Shown here: positions 40,401 through 53,692 of the stretch, piece after piece
Numbering within the stretch: the first letter of the stretch is position 1
Layout: every line of letters starts with the position of its first letter
Assembly: GCA_964016885.1 (NCBI GenBank)
Contig: OZ024766.1
Location: 9,362,001-9,426,000 of the forward strand
Direction: 5' to 3'
DNA: 64,000 bases
Origin: Eledone cirrhosa
Lineage: Eukaryota
Made by a program: the position numbers and the translations under genes
Notes under the pieces: generated by a model
Seen by the model: the letters and a program-made list of their open reading frames with translations, nothing else
Told to the model about the DNA's origin: nothing
Database searches by the model: none

Positions 40401-43400
40401 GGTGGTGGTGGTGTTGTTATTGATGGTGGTGTGTTGTTGATGGTGGTGGTAGTGTTGTTATTGGTGGTGGTGGTGTTGTTGATGGTGGTGGTAGTGTTGT
40501 TATTGGTGGTGTGTTGTTGATGGTGGTGGTGGTAGTGTTGTTATTGGTGGTGTGTTGTTGATGGTGGTGGTGGTAGTGTTGTTATTGGTGGTGTGTTGTT
40601 GATGGTGGTGGTGGTAGTGTTGTTATTGGTGGTGTGTTGTTGATGGTGGTGGTGGTAGTGTTGTTATTGGTGGTGTGTTGTTGATGGTGGTGGTGGTAGT
40701 GTTGTTATTGGTGGTGTGTTGTTGATGGTGGTGGTAGTGTTGTTATTGGTGGTGTGTTGTTGATGGTGGTGGTAGTGTTGTTATTGGTGGTGTGTTGTTG
40801 ATGGTGGTGGTGGTAGTGTTGTTATTGGTGGTGTGTTGTTGATGGTGGTGGTGGTAGTGTTGTTATTGGTGGTGTGTTGTTGATGGTGGTGGTAGTGTTG
40901 TTATTGGTGGTGTGTTGTTGATGGTGGTGGTGGTAGTGTTGTTATTGGTGGTGTGTTGTTGATGGTGGTGGTGGTAGTGTTGTTATTGGTGGTGTGTTGT
41001 TGATGGTGGTGGTAGTGTTGTTATTGGTGGTGTGTTGTTGATGGTGGTGGTAGTGTTGTTATTGGTGGTGTGTTGTTGATGGTGGTGGTGGTAGTGTTGT
41101 TATTGGTGGTGTGTTGTTGATGGTGGTGGTGGTAGTGTTGTTATTGGTGGTGTGTTGTTGATGGTGGTGGTGGTAGTGTTGTTATTGGTGGTGTGTTGTT
41201 GATGGTGGTGGTAGTGTTGTTATTGGTGGTGTGTTGTTGATGGTGGTGGTGGTAGTGTTGTTATTGGTGGTGTGTTGTTGATGGTGGTGGTAGTGTTGTT
41301 ATTGGTGGTGTGTTGTTGATGGTGGTGGTGGTAGTGTTGTTATTGGTGGTGTGTTGTTGATGGTGGTGGTAGTGTTGTTATTGGTGGTGTGTTGTTGATG
41401 GTGGTGGTGGTAGTGTTGTTATTGGTGGTGTGTTGTTGATGGTGGTGGTGGTAGTGTTGTTATTGGTGGTGTGTTGTTGATGGTGGTGGTGGTAGTGTTG
41501 TTATTGGTGGTGTGTTGTTGATGGTGGTGGTGGTAGTGTTGTTATTGGTGGTGTGTTGTTGATGGTGGTGGTAGTGTTGTTATTGGTGGTGTGTTGTTGA
41601 TGGTGGTGGTGGTAGTGTTGTTATTGGTGGTGTGTTGTTGATGGTGGTGGTGGTAGTGTTGTTATTGGTGGTGTGTTGTTGATGGTGGTGGTGGTAGTGT
41701 TGTTATTGGTGGTGTGTTGTTGATGGTGGTGGTGGTAGTGTTGTTATTGGTGGTGTGTTGTTGATGGTGGTGGTAGTGTTGTTATTGGTGGTGTGTTGTT
41801 GATGGTGGTGGTGGTAGTGTTGTTATTGGTGGTGTGTTGTTGATGGTGGTGGTAGTGTTGTTATTGGTGGTGTGTTGTTGATGGTGGTGGTAGTGTTGTT
41901 ATTGTGGTGTGTTGTTGATGGTGGTGGTGGTAGTGTTGTTATTGGTGGTGTGTTGTTGATGGTGGTGGTAGTGTTGTTATTGGTGGTGTGTTGTTGATGG
42001 TGGTGGTAGTGTTGTTATTGGTGGTGTGTTGTTGATGGTGGTGGTGGTAGTGTTGTTATTGGTGGTGTGTTGTTGATGGTGGTGGTAGTGTTGTTATTGG
42101 TGGTGTGTTGTTGATGGTGGTGGTAGTGTTGTTATTGGTGGTGTGTTGTTGATGGTGGTGGTGGTAGTGTTGTTATTGGTGGTGTGTTGTTGATGGTGGT
42201 GGTAGTGTTGTTATTGGTGGTGTGTTGTTGATGGTGGTGGTAGTGTTGTTATTGGTGGTGTGTTGTTGATGGTGGTGGTGGTAGTGTTGTTATTGGTGGT
42301 GTGTTGTTGATGGTGGTGGTGGTAGTGTTGTTATTGGTGGTGTGTTGTTGATGGTGGTGGTAGTGTTGTTATTGGTGGTGTGTTGTTGATGGTGGTGGTA
42401 GTGTTGTTATTGGTGGTGTGTTGTTGATGGTGGTGGTGGTAGTGTTGTTATTGGTGGTGTGTTGTTGATGGTGGTGGTAGTGTTGTTATTGGTGGTGTGT
42501 TGTTGATGGTGGTGGTAGTGTTGTTATTGGTGGTGTGTTGTTGATGGTGGTGGTGGTAGTGTTGTTATTGGTGGTGTGTTGTTGATGGTGGTGGTGGTAG
42601 TGTTGTTATTGGTGGTGTGTTGTTGATGGTGGTGGTGGTAGTGTTGTTATTGGTGGTGTGTTGTTGATGGTGGTGGTAGTGTTGTTATTGGTGGTGTGTT
42701 GTTGATGGTGGTGGTAGTGTTGTTATTGGTGGTGTGTTGTTGATGGTGGTGGTGGTAGTGTTGTTATTGGTGGTGTGTTGTTGATGGTGGTGGTAGTGTT
42801 GTTATTGGTGGTGTGTTGTTGATGGTGGTGGTAGTGTTGTTATTGGTGGTGTGTTGTTGATGGTGGTGGTGGTAGTGTTGTTATTGGTGGTGTGTTGTTG
42901 ATGGTGGTGGTGGTAGTGTTGTTATTGGTGGTGTGTTGTTGATGGTGGTGGTGGTAGTGTTGTTATTGGTGGTGTGTTGTTGATGGTGGTGGTGGTAGTG
43001 TTGTTATTGGTGGTGTGTTGTTGATGGTGGTGGTAGTGTTGTTATTGGTGGTGTGTTGTTGATGGTGGTGGTAGTGTTGTTATTGGTGGTGTGTTGTTGA
43101 TGGTGGTGGTGGTAGTGTTGTTATTGGTGGTGTGTTGTTGATGGTGGTGGTGGTAGTGTTGTTATTGGTGGTGTGTTGTTGATGGTGGTGGTGGTAGTGT
43201 TGTTATTGGTGGTGTGTTGTTGATGGTGGTGGTGGTAGTGTTGTTATTGGTGGTGTGTTGTTGATGGTGGTGGTAGTGTTGTTATTGGTGGTGTGTTGTT
43301 GATGGTGGTGGTAGTGTTGTTATTGGTGGTGTGTTGTTGATGGTGGTGGTGGTAGTGTTGTTATTGGTGGTGTGTTGTTGATGGTGGTGGTGGTAGTGTT

Positions 43401-43565
43401 GTTATTGGTGGTGTGTTGTTGATGGTGGTGGTGGTAGTGTTGTTATTGGTGGTGTGTTGTTGATGGTGGTGGTGGTAGTGTTGTTATTGGTGGTGTGTTG
43501 TTGTGGTGGTGGTAGTGTTGTTATTGGTGGTGTGTTGTTGATGGTGGTGGTAGTGTTGTTATTGG
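40400..43565. repeat. 38/41-bp GT-rich minisatellite (~80 units)
   Basis: tgttgttgatggt(ggt)2-3agtgttgttattggtggtg; two length variants differing by one GGT. Confidence 0.95.
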
Positions 43566-43786
43566 TGGTGGTGGTGGTGGTGTTGTTATTGGTGGTGTTG
43601 TTGTTATTGGTGGTGGTGGTGTTGTTGATGGTAGTGGTGGTGTGTTGTTGCTGATGCTGATGGTGGTGTTGATGGTAGTGATGGTGGTGGTGGTGGTGTG
43701 CTATGTGGTGTTGTATGTTGTATGTTGTTGATGGTGGTGGTGATGGTGGGGGAAACGATGATGGCGTTGTTGTTAATGGTGGTGAT

Positions 43787-44255
43787 ATTAATGTTGTAGA
43801 TGGTGGTGATGGTGTTAATGTTGTAGATGGTGGTGGTGGTGGTGGTGTTGTTAATGTTGTAGATGGTGGTGGTGATGGTGTTGTTAATGTTGTAGATGGT
43901 GGTGGTGGTGGTGGTGTTGTTAATGTTGTAGATGGTGGTGGTGATGGTGTTGTTAATGTTGTAGATGGTGGTGGTGGTGGTGGTGTTGTTAATGTTGTAG
44001 ATGGTGGTGGTGGTGGTGTTGTTAATGTTGTAGATGGTGGTGGTGGTGGTGGTGTTGTTAATGTTGTAGATGGTGGTGGTGGTGGTGGTGTTGTTAATGT
44101 TGTAGATGATGGTGGTGATGGTGGTGTTAATGTTGTAGATGGTGGTGGTGGTGTTGTTAATGTTGTAGATGGTGGTGGTGGTGGTGTTAATGTTGTAGAT
44201 GATGGTGGTGGTGGTGGTGTTGTTAATGTTGTAGATGGTGGTGGTGGTGGTGATG
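43787..44255. repeat. ~27-36-bp minisatellite gttaatgttgtagat(ggt)n
   Basis: Direct inspection. Confidence 0.9.
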
Positions 44256-44432
44256 GTGGTGTTGGTAATGGTCGTAGTGGAGATGGTGGCGATGGAGTAA
44301 TGCCTGGTATATTGTGTTGTTTTATATTGAAATTAAGCCCTTATAAACCAGCTAAGCCCAGACCAGATGTAAAATATACACCCATTTGTGTGTGTGTATA
44401 TAAATATATATATATACACCCATTTGTGTGTT

Positions 44433-44516
<84 letters not shown>

Positions 44517-44556
44517 CATACCAACACATACGTATATATGTATATATATGTGGGTG

Positions 44557-44605
<49 letters not shown>

Positions 44606-45018
44606 TATTATATATATACACCCACATATATAAAGGTGTATAAAAATCAACGTACAATGTTTGAGTATAAATATGTATACATAAACATACACACGCACAG
44701 ATCGACTATGTATATATATATATATATATATAAATATATATACATATATATATATACAGTTAAATGAAACGGGGGGTGGGTAATTTTACATTTATATTAT
44801 ATGTATATATGCGTATGTATATATATATTTATATATATTATATAGAGAGAGAGACTATATATGTACGCCTATTACACATAAAACATTGCATATATACGCA
44901 TATATAATACATATGCATATATATATATATATATTTCAATATATATATATAAACAATATACATACATACATACATGTATATATCTATACTAATAAACAAT
45001 ATATATACATGTATATAC

Positions 45019-45110
<92 letters not shown>

Positions 45111-45374
45111 CATATATATATATATATATACATATATATATACATATATATATATATACTCCTCAGTTAAACGATACATTGATAGATTTTTTTACCTCAG
45201 ATCGTATCCATGGTATTTCGTCAACACTCCCAGCACAATATAGAGTTACACCCCTTTGTTGTTTTCGTTTCGCAGCTAACACAGAGAGATGGCGCTGTCA
45301 GGCTTTTCAGTGTATGTATGTATATGGTTATGTATGTGTGTACATATATGTATACACACACACACACACACACA

Positions 45375-45429
<55 letters not shown>

Positions 45430-45434
<5 letters not shown>

Positions 45435-45885
45435 AGAACAAAAGATGGTTAAAGGAGTTCCATGTATTTTATTATGCGCATCTCAAAAACAAATATCATC
45501 ATGTAATAATATTTGTGTTTTCATCAGATAAAACAGGAGGACATGATATGAAGGCTAAAAAACACTTGTGGATAGTTCAGTTTTAAATCAACATATGTTT
45601 TAAATCAACATATGTTAAATCAGATATGTTGATTTAAAACTGAACTATCCACAAGTGTTTTTTAGCCTTCATATCATGTCCTGTTTTATCTGATGAAAAC
45701 ACAAATATTATTGCATGATGATATTTGTTTTTGAAATGCGCATAATAAAATACATGGAACTCCTTTAACCATCTTTTGTTCTTATATATTATGTATACTC
45801 CAGTCCTACAAACTGTAGAGTGCTTCTTATCCGATATCTGCATTGCTTTATTGTACTACAATAAAACTCACCTCCTACATATATA
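45430..45885. mobile_element. Penelope-like terminal repeat (family of 23405-23800) with inverted arm (45431-45597 / ~45624-45787)
   Basis: Fold-back arms; homologous to 23405-23800; flanked by (TA)n. Confidence 0.75.
45684..45750 (+). ncRNA. Minimal type-I hammerhead ribozyme motif (intact core)
   Basis: TTTTAT-CTGATGA-AAACACAAATAT...ATATTTGTTTTT-GAAA-TGCGCA-TA-ATAAAA. Confidence 0.78.
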
Positions 45886-46088
45886 TATTTATATATATTT
45901 ATGGCCAAAGATTAATATGGTTCGTTGATTACTCAATAAATATAGTTTTACAATAGATTAAAAGCACTCTACAACAAAGTTTTCTGTAGTTATTCATATT
46001 ATTCAAAATATTAATAAATGAAGACATTCACATAATTATGATTATATATATTTTGATTATGTGAATGTCTTCATTTATTAATATTTTG

Positions 46089-46134
<46 letters not shown>

Positions 46135-46141
<7 letters not shown>

Positions 46142-46285
46142 ATCAAAAGATGGTTAAAAGAGTTCTTTTAACCATCTTTTGATCTTATATATTATTTATA
46201 CTCCAGTCCTACAAACTGTTGAGTGCTACTTATCCGATATCTGCATTGCTTTATTGTACTACAATAAAACTCACCTCCTACATAT
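46135..46285. mobile_element. Truncated Penelope-like repeat with short fold-back (46135-46190)
   Basis: atataagatcaaaagatggttaaaaga / tcttttaaccatcttttgatcttatat, then the same 3' sequence as 45790-45880. Confidence 0.7.
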
Positions 46286-46449
46286 ATATATATATATATA
46301 TATAAACAAAAAGGATATTTAATTTGTTGGTAATTCAACAAATATATATGTTTATAACTGATTCGAAGCACTCAACAGTTTTCTGGAGTATAATATCAAT
46401 GATTTTAAATAAATGGAAACTATATTTATAATTTATAAAACCATATTTA

Positions 46450-46506
46450 TTCTATTATATATATTTCAAGGGTACCAAAACTTTGATACGCCCTCATCAG
46501 ATAAAA
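46450..46506 (-). ncRNA. Minimal type-I hammerhead ribozyme motif
   Basis: TTTTAT-CTGATGA-GGG...CCCTT-GAAA-TATATA-TA-ATAGAA. Confidence 0.72.
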
Positions 46507-46624
46507 TACAAAGTTTGTTTTATAAATATTGACATATCCAGGAAGAAGATCTTAACGGTTCAAGTTTTTCCTGGATAGTCAAGTTTTTGAAATTAATGCA
46601 TGCAAGATTTCACAGCTCTGGCAT

Positions 46625-47005
46625 CACTCCTTCATTGTCAGCCTATCTATGGTTGCCGTGAGTGAGCGCTTGGGATGTGACAAAGTTCTTTCCCGTCCAC
46701 TCAACTATCTTGTATGTCTACACCTCCCTCTGTCTACCCTACCTTCCCTTACATCCTCACTGTTCCTAGGGGAACTGTCTAAGAGAGTCCATCCCTCTCT
46801 CCGATCTTGTTACATGCCCTATATCACCTCATCTCAGCTTCCTACTCTTCACGGTGGTCAGTAGATCTTCTAAGTGGCTCAAGTGTTGGGTGATTCTTTT
46901 GCAAATCTTCTCATTTGTGATGTGTCCAGTATGGAAGGTTCCAAGAATTCTTCTAAAGCATCTCATCTCCACTGCTTGGATTTTTCTTTGCAGCTCAGTG
47001 GAGGA
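46625..47005 (-). mobile_element. RTE LINE ORF2 3' fragment
   Basis: RKIQAVEMRCFRRILGTFHTGHITNE...LLTTVKSRKLR motif. Confidence 0.8.
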
Positions 47006-47321
47006 TCCATGACTGTGTGTGTGTGTGTGACAGCTCACACCTATGCAAGTTTAGCTGGCTTCCTCCAAGGTATATCTCGTTGGAGGTGTGTTGGGTGATT
47101 TAACACTCTAGTGTTCAAACCAGCCAAAACCGGCCAGAATTCTCTACCTCTTTCTGTTGAAGGCTGTAACTGGTCGCTCAAACTGATGTTAAGGTATTGT
47201 TCTCAAAATAAATACATTCAAAATCTCATAGATTCGATATTATGTGAGATAATTGTGAGGTAAAGCCTTTACTGTGAAAATATAATAGTATATATAAAAT
47301 AATGTGAATGCTAAAGGGTTA

Positions 47322-47484
47322 ATGATAGAGTCCCCTATCATCTCATTTCTACAGCTGAGTAAACTAAAGCAACGTGAAATAAAGTGTCTTGCTCAAGGAC
47401 ACAACACATCACCGGATCCGAGAATTGAACTCACAATCTTTCGATTGCAAGCCCAATGCTCTAACCACTAAGCCATGTGCCTTC
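47322..47484 (-). mobile_element. tRNA/CORE SINE 5' half (family of 31368-31713)
   Basis: High identity to 31555-31713. Confidence 0.8.
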
Positions 47485-47621
47485 GCTGGCATATGTATAG
47501 ATAGAAAGATGGATAGGACCAATGCGGACACAGGAGTTTTATTTTGTATCTGAGAATGGTGTTTTTGTTCCTCCAAAGAGGTGTCAATTTACTACTGTCT
47601 TCTTTACAGGGAAAGTAGAGA

Positions 47622-49278
47622 GTAATGTGGTCGTGTAGGTAACACAGTAAAAAGCCCCCAGTCCACACTGTAAAGTGGCCGTGTAGGTAACACAGTAAAA
47701 AGCCCCCAGTCCACACTGTAATGTGGCCGTGTAGGTAACACAGTAAAAAGCTCCCAGTCCACACTGTAATGTGGTAGTGTAGGTAACACGGTAAAAAGCC
47801 CCAGTCCACACTGTAATGTGGCCGTGTAGGTAACACAGTAAAAAGCCCCCAGTCCACACTGTAATGTGGTCGTGTAGGTAACACAGTAAAAAGCCCCCAG
47901 TCCATACTGTAATGTGGTCGTGTAGGTAACACAGTAAAAAGCCCCCAGTCCACACTGTAAAGTGGTTGTGTAGGTAACACAGTAAAAAGCCCCCAGTCCA
48001 CACTGTAAAGTGGTCGTGTAGGTAACACAGTAAAAAGCCCCCAGTCCACTCTGTAAAGTGGCCATGTAGGTAACACAGTAAAAAGCTCCCAGTCCACACT
48101 GTAAAGTGGTGGTGTAGGTGACACGGTAAAAAGCCCCAGTCCACACTGTAATGTGGCCGTGTAGGTAACACAGTAAAAAGCTCCCAGTCCACACTGTAAT
48201 GTGGCCATGTAGGTAACACAGTAAAAAGCTCCCAGTCCACACTGTAATGTGGTGGTGTAGGTGACACGGTAAAAAGCCCCAGTCCACACTGTAAATGGTG
48301 GTGTAGGTAACACAGTAAAAAGCCCCAGTCCACACAGTAAAGTGGTCATGTAGGTGACACGGTAAAAAGCCCCAGTCCAGACTGTAAAGTGGTTGTGTAG
48401 GTGACACAGTAAAAAGCCCCAGCCCACACTGTAAAGTGGTGGTTTAGGTGACACGGTAAAAAGCTCCCAGTCCACACTGTAAAGTGGTGGTGTAGGTGAC
48501 ACGGTAAAAAGCTCCCAGTCCACACTGTAAAGTGGTGGTGTAGGTGGCACGGTAAAAAGCTCCCAGTCCACACTGTAATGTGGTGGTGTAGGTAACACAG
48601 TAAAAAGCTCCCAGTCCACACTGTAATGTGGTGGTGTAGGTAACACAGTAAAAAGCTCCCAGTCCACACTGTAAAGTGGTGGTGTAGGTAACACAGTAAA
48701 AAGCTTCCAGTCCACACTGTAAAGTGGTGGTGTAGGTGACACGGTAAAAAGCTCCCAGTCCACACTGTAAAGTGGTAGTGTAGGTAACACAGTAAAAAGC
48801 TCCCAATCCACACTATAAAGTGGTAGTGTAGGTAACACGGTAAAAAGCTCCCAGTCCACACTGTAAGGTGGTCGTGTAAGAGACACGGTAAACAGGCTCC
48901 CAGTCCACACTGTAAAGTGGTAGTGTAGGTGACACAGTAAAAAGCTCCCAGTCCACACTGTAAAGTGGCCGTGTAGGTAACACAGTAAAAAGCTCCCAGT
49001 CCACACTGTAAAGTGGTGGTGTAGGTAACACGGTAAAAAGCCCCAACCCACACTGTAAAGTGGTGGTGTAGGTGACACGGTAAAAAGCCCCCAGTTCACA
49101 CTGTAAATGTGGTTGGTGTTAGGAAGAGCATCCAACCGTAGAAAACCCGCCAGATAGTCCTATATGAGCGAGATACAGTCACCCGACCAATCTTGCCTCA
49201 AGTGGGACAACTCCCGTCAAACCCATGCTAGCGTGGAAGATAGGCGTTAAACGATGATGTTGATGATGATGATGATGG
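47622..49278 (+). mobile_element. SINE body carrying a ~31-unit 47/48-bp array (47622-49107), followed by the normal SINE 3' end and (GAT)n tail
   Basis: Array runs directly into gtggttggtgttaggaagagcatccaaccgtagaaa...ttaaacgatgatg. Confidence 0.85.
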
Positions 49279-49334
49279 TGAATGATAGGAAGAGAAAGTA
49301 GTCCCAACCTAGTCCAACGGAACAGAAGGAAATA

Positions 49335-49892
49335 AGCATGGACTGGAGAGAAATGAAGCAACCATGCTTTGTTGGATGTTCAGCTCTGCACGGTAGTGAA
49401 ACATGGTCTGTGACTGCAGAGGACATGTGGTGCTACATGGTAGTGAAACATGGGCTGTGACTGCAGAGGACGTGGTGCTATGTGATAGTGAAACATGGGG
49501 TATGGCTGCAGAGAACACGTGGTGCTACATGGTAGTGAAACGGGCTGTGACTGCAGAGGACATATGGTGCTACATGGTAGTGAAACATGGGCTGTGGCTG
49601 CAGGGGACATGTGGTGCTACATGGTAGTGAAACATGGGCTGTGACTGCAGAGGACATGTGGTGCTGCATGGTAGTGAAACATGGGCTGTGGCTGCAGAGG
49701 ACATGTGGTGCTGCATGGTAGTGAAACATGGGCTGTGACTGCAGAGAACATGTGGTGCTACATGGTAGTAAAACATGGGCTGTGACTGCAGAGGACATGT
49801 GGTGCTACATGGTAGTGAAACATGGGCTGTGACTGCAGAGGACATGTGTTGACTGGAGAGAAATAAAGCAACCATACTCCATTGGATGTGTA
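49335..49892 (+). mobile_element. RTE fragment with a 47-bp internal array (~10 units, 49389-49848)
   Basis: Unit encodes LHGSETWAVTAED, homologous to MLHGSETWAATAED in the RTE at 27660-27720. Confidence 0.8.
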
Positions 49893-50371
49893 GAGTGGGG
49901 ACTATCAGTTTACATAGCCTGAGCTCGTCAGACGGCAAAACCTAAAATTAACCTTGAAAGTTCCAAAGAAACCTTTAAGTATGGAAAAATCCAATAATTT
50001 CCCAGAAAACAGAATTTCTTTTCATGACACAGGGGGCAGGCCGAACGTGTGGTGTTGTTTCCTCGACGGCTGGCCCCTGTCATCATCATATCATCACCGT
50101 GTCTCGCTCGTATAGGACTGTCTGGCAGGTTTTCTACGGCTGGATGCCCTTCTTAACCCCAACCTCATTTACAGTGTGGACTGTATTTTTACCTACACAG
50201 CCACATTACAGCATGGACTGTATTTTTTCTCTCCCTTTTTTCTTTTTCTTTTTGTCGTGACACCTACACGACCTCATGTATATATATTATATATATATAT
50301 ATACATGTATATATATTATATATACATGTATATATATTATATATATATATACATGAGGTCGTGTAGGTGTC

Positions 50372-50424
<53 letters not shown>

Positions 50425-50718
50425 TGTGTGTGTGTGTGTGTGTGTGGAAAAGGGTGCAACTGTTTATGAACACACCGCTTATCAACCGGTGTTAATTCGT
50501 TCATGTCTCCTAGCTTAACATTTCGACAAACAGATGTCGATGCAACAAATATTGGTTTTTAAAAAAGAACAAGAAAAAGATACTGGGGTTGAATTGAACG
50601 ACTCAAATTATTTTGCAGTCAATGCTACAGTATGGCCGTGAATTCAGTGGTGTTAAGTGTGTCTATATTTATTCGGGTCGGTGTATATGTCTACACCGCC
50701 TACCAACCGGTGCTGTTC

Positions 50719-50870
50719 ACTTACGTCCCGGAAATTACTTTGAAAATGGAATGGCCGCGATCTACTTGCTTTAGAGCGGGGGTGGCGGAGTTCCCGCCAG
50801 AAGGCCTCATTACTATTTTCAAACCATTTATATTAATGCGCTTCTTCCGTTATACTCCCCCCCCCCCCAC
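50719..50870 (-). promoter_or_regulatory. Candidate promoter/non-coding first exon of TLNRD1
   Basis: Local CpG/GC enrichment, GC-box-like and ttcccgcc (E2F-like) motifs, minus-strand donor GAC|GTAAGT at 50724. Confidence 0.3.
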
Positions 50871-51620
50871 TAATCTTCTGTTATACATGTGTATAAATAG
50901 TTCCGGGCTCAGTCACACCCTCTACCTTTAACTTACTGTCTTTCTCTTTCTTCCTCCCTCCCCTACCCTCTCTTTCTTTGCACTCAGATCTTTTAGTCTA
51001 TCACTCTCTGTTTAAGCTCCCTACCATTCTAAAGCTTTCTCCCCTCTCAATCTCTCTTATTCTTTCTCTTTCTTAGCCTGCGTAGGTATAATGTTTGTTA
51101 AAAAATATAATACTATTAAATATAGAAAGTAATTTCTTTGTTTGCTTTTACAAAGAACTAATAAATTATTAGTTAGGATAGTTTAGTGAAATATATTCAC
51201 TAATGAGCAAAAAATTAATAAATAATTAGTTTTCTAAATATAAAAGTAGTCCCCTTGTACTCTCTTCAAATGTTTGAAAATTTGAAATTGTGTTTTTTTT
51301 TTAGATAAGAATATTTTTATTCGAGAAATAAAAAATTATTTTTTTGCTGGGTTAAAAAGATATAATAAATATACAATTCTAAAAAAATATATATTTATAT
51401 ACATATATATATTCATTCGGATGGCTTACCGTTCAGGCGGTGTAATTTTGAAAAAATTATCAGACGGGATTATATTCAGATCACATTCGTTGGTTCGAGA
51501 ATAAAGCAACTAAAAAAAATTTTTGTAAAATATTTTAAGTAAAAATAAAATATTATATGTATATTTATTATATATTAAAACGATAATATTTGTGAATTAT
51601 ATATATAGATATAATTCTAT

Positions 51621-52258
51621 CATTACCACAAGAGAAGTCCGACGAGATTTTGATCCCAGAGTCGGGCCAGATCCAACCTTGAGCTGATCAATAGCGAAAC
51701 GTGTGTCACTACTCACTAAACGTAACGAAGACATAACAAATCGTCATTTTTATTATTGTTATTACACTCTGCTTAGTACTAAATCTGACATTACCACAAC
51801 AGAAGTCCGACGAAATTTTGATTCCAGAGTCGGGCCAGATCCAACCTTGAGCTGATCAATAGCGAAACGTGTGTCACTACTCACTAAACGTAATGAAGAC
51901 ATAACAAATCGTCATTTTTATTATTGTTATTACACTCTGCTTAGTACTAATTATGACATTACCACAACAGAAGTCCGACGAAATTTTGATTCCAGAGTCG
52001 GGCCAGATCCAACCTTGAGCTGATCAATAGCGAAACGTGTGTCACTACTCACTAAACGTAATGAAGACATAACAAATCGTCATTTTTATTATTGTTATTA
52101 CACTCTGCTTAGTACTAATTCTGTCATTACCACAACAGAAGTCCGACGAAATTTTGATTCCAGAGTCGGACCAGATCCAACCTTGAGCTGATCAATTGCG
52201 AAACGCGCGTCACTACCCAATAAACGTAATGAATACATAACAAATTGTTCTTTTTATT
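51621..52258 (+). repeat. 168-bp tandem array (3.8 units), each unit with a hammerhead-like motif
   Basis: Units start 51621, 51789, 51957, 52125; AGT-CCGACGA-stem II-GAAA-C(gtgt/gcgc)G-TC-ACT. Confidence 0.85.
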
Positions 52259-52680
52259 GTGGCGCTGTGGAGCTATGGTGTCACACGATGGCACTGGAAA
52301 TCTTGAGTGACACAGTATTGGCAAGAGGGAGCTAGGGTGGAAAAGTATGGCATTGGCAAAATAAGGCACTATGAAGCTAGGATGCCACACCTTGATACTG
52401 AGAGCTAGGGTGGCACACTATGGAACTGCACTGGGGAGCTTGAGTAACAGAGTAAAGCTATATGGAGCTAGGGTGACCCCATGGCAATGGGGAAGTTGGT
52501 TGGCAAAATATATACAACAATATAAAAAATGGCGTAGACATTACAATACAATACAATGGGAGGAAACAATAGTACCACTGACGATGTTGCAGATGTGTGA
52601 CGAAAGAACTTTGATAGACTATATATATATTATTCAAAATGTTAACAAATGAAAAATATTCGCATAATCAAAATATATAG

Positions 52681-52743
52681 TTTATTATATATATTTCAAA
52701 GGTACTGTGCTGTTTTTTTTCAGTACGTCCTCGTCAGATAAAA
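52681..52743 (-). ncRNA. Minimal type-I hammerhead ribozyme motif
   Basis: TTTAT-CTGACGA-GGACGTACTG...CAGTACCTTT-GAAA-TATATA-TA-ATAAA. Confidence 0.72.
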
Positions 52744-52812
52744 TATATGATGTAATGTATGACATACAGCTACGGTCTTGATTATTTAATTCCCGTATAG
52801 GCAGTAATATGG

Positions 52813-52903
<91 letters not shown>

Positions 52904-52908
<5 letters not shown>

Positions 52909-53079
52909 GATTCTACAGGACTAGAACTGTTTCATTCTTTAGAAATCATTTCCTGATGATTTCTAAAGAATGAAACAGTTCTAGTCCTGTAGAATCTCAT
53001 CTATATTAAAACTTTTATACTCTGCAATGTATTGAGTACCTTACTTACTGTGGTTACCTCCGATTCAACCCGGAATAAC

Positions 53080-53082
<3 letters not shown>
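52904..53082 (+). mobile_element. Second Penelope-like repeat family: fold-back (52904-52948 / 52957-53002) with hammerhead motif at 52950-52994
   Basis: TTC-CTGATGA-TTTCtaaaGAAT-GAA-ACAGttctagtcCTGT-A-GAA; homologues at 56232-56435 and 56721-56780. Confidence 0.75.
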
Positions 53083-53134
<52 letters not shown>

Positions 53135-53135
<1 letters not shown>

Positions 53136-53335
53136 AACAAAGGAATTGTGGTAAGGAACCAGATGGACCATAACGCACTAGAGTACTCAATACTTAGGGT
53201 AGTAGAGTGGGAAATATGAAAAAGTATGACCCCGACGGCAGAGCTCAAGCCGTTTCGACGGCTATTTCTGGAAGCATGAAATAGCCGTCGAAACAGCTTG
53301 AGCTCTGCCGTCGGGGTCATACTTTTTCCTATATA
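53135..53335 (-). mobile_element. Third Penelope-like repeat family with fold-back (53218-53267 / 53278-53328) and 3' half of a hammerhead
   Basis: GAA-ACGGC...GCCGT-C-GGGG; homologues at 54232-54337 (also folded back) and 56815-56945. Confidence 0.6.
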
Positions 53336-53631
53336 TATATATAAAAAATTAAAGGATGGTTAAAAAAGTTCCATATATTTTATTATTATTGCGTTCTCAG
53401 ATAAAATAAGGTAACATGATATGATGCCTAAAAACACTTGTGATCAAGAAAGTGTCCATCCAACATATATCTGATATATGCATAGTTTTATTGTTCTACA
53501 ATATAACTCATCTCCTACATTATATATATATATATATATATGCAAAAGTTCTATCCAGACAACTACCAAAAATAATGGTTGCATCTAATAGGGTACGTCA
53601 AAATTATTTATAAAACTGTTTATATATTGTA

Positions 53632-53692
53632 TTTTGTCTGACGAAGGCATACCATATTTTAATTTGGTGTCCCTGAAATATGTATAATGAAA
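53632..53692 (+). ncRNA. Minimal type-I hammerhead ribozyme motif (family of 46450-46506)
   Basis: TTTTGT-CTGACGA-AGG...CCT-GAAA-TATGTA-TA-ATGAAA. Confidence 0.65.

Noticed and set aside
38671-44485. Pro/Thr/His-rich 557-aa ORF and VVNVVDGGGG 260-aa ORF
   Set aside because: Low-complexity repeats with frame-switching composition; no splice or homology support, though UTR exon status cannot be excluded.
47622-49107. CRISPR-like regular repeats
   Set aside because: No unique spacers, no cas genes, eukaryotic context.
52576-52604. CTGACGA...GAAA hammerhead-like string (similar weak cases at 22520-22548 and 45265-45312)
   Set aside because: Stems I and III too short or unpaired to distinguish from chance.
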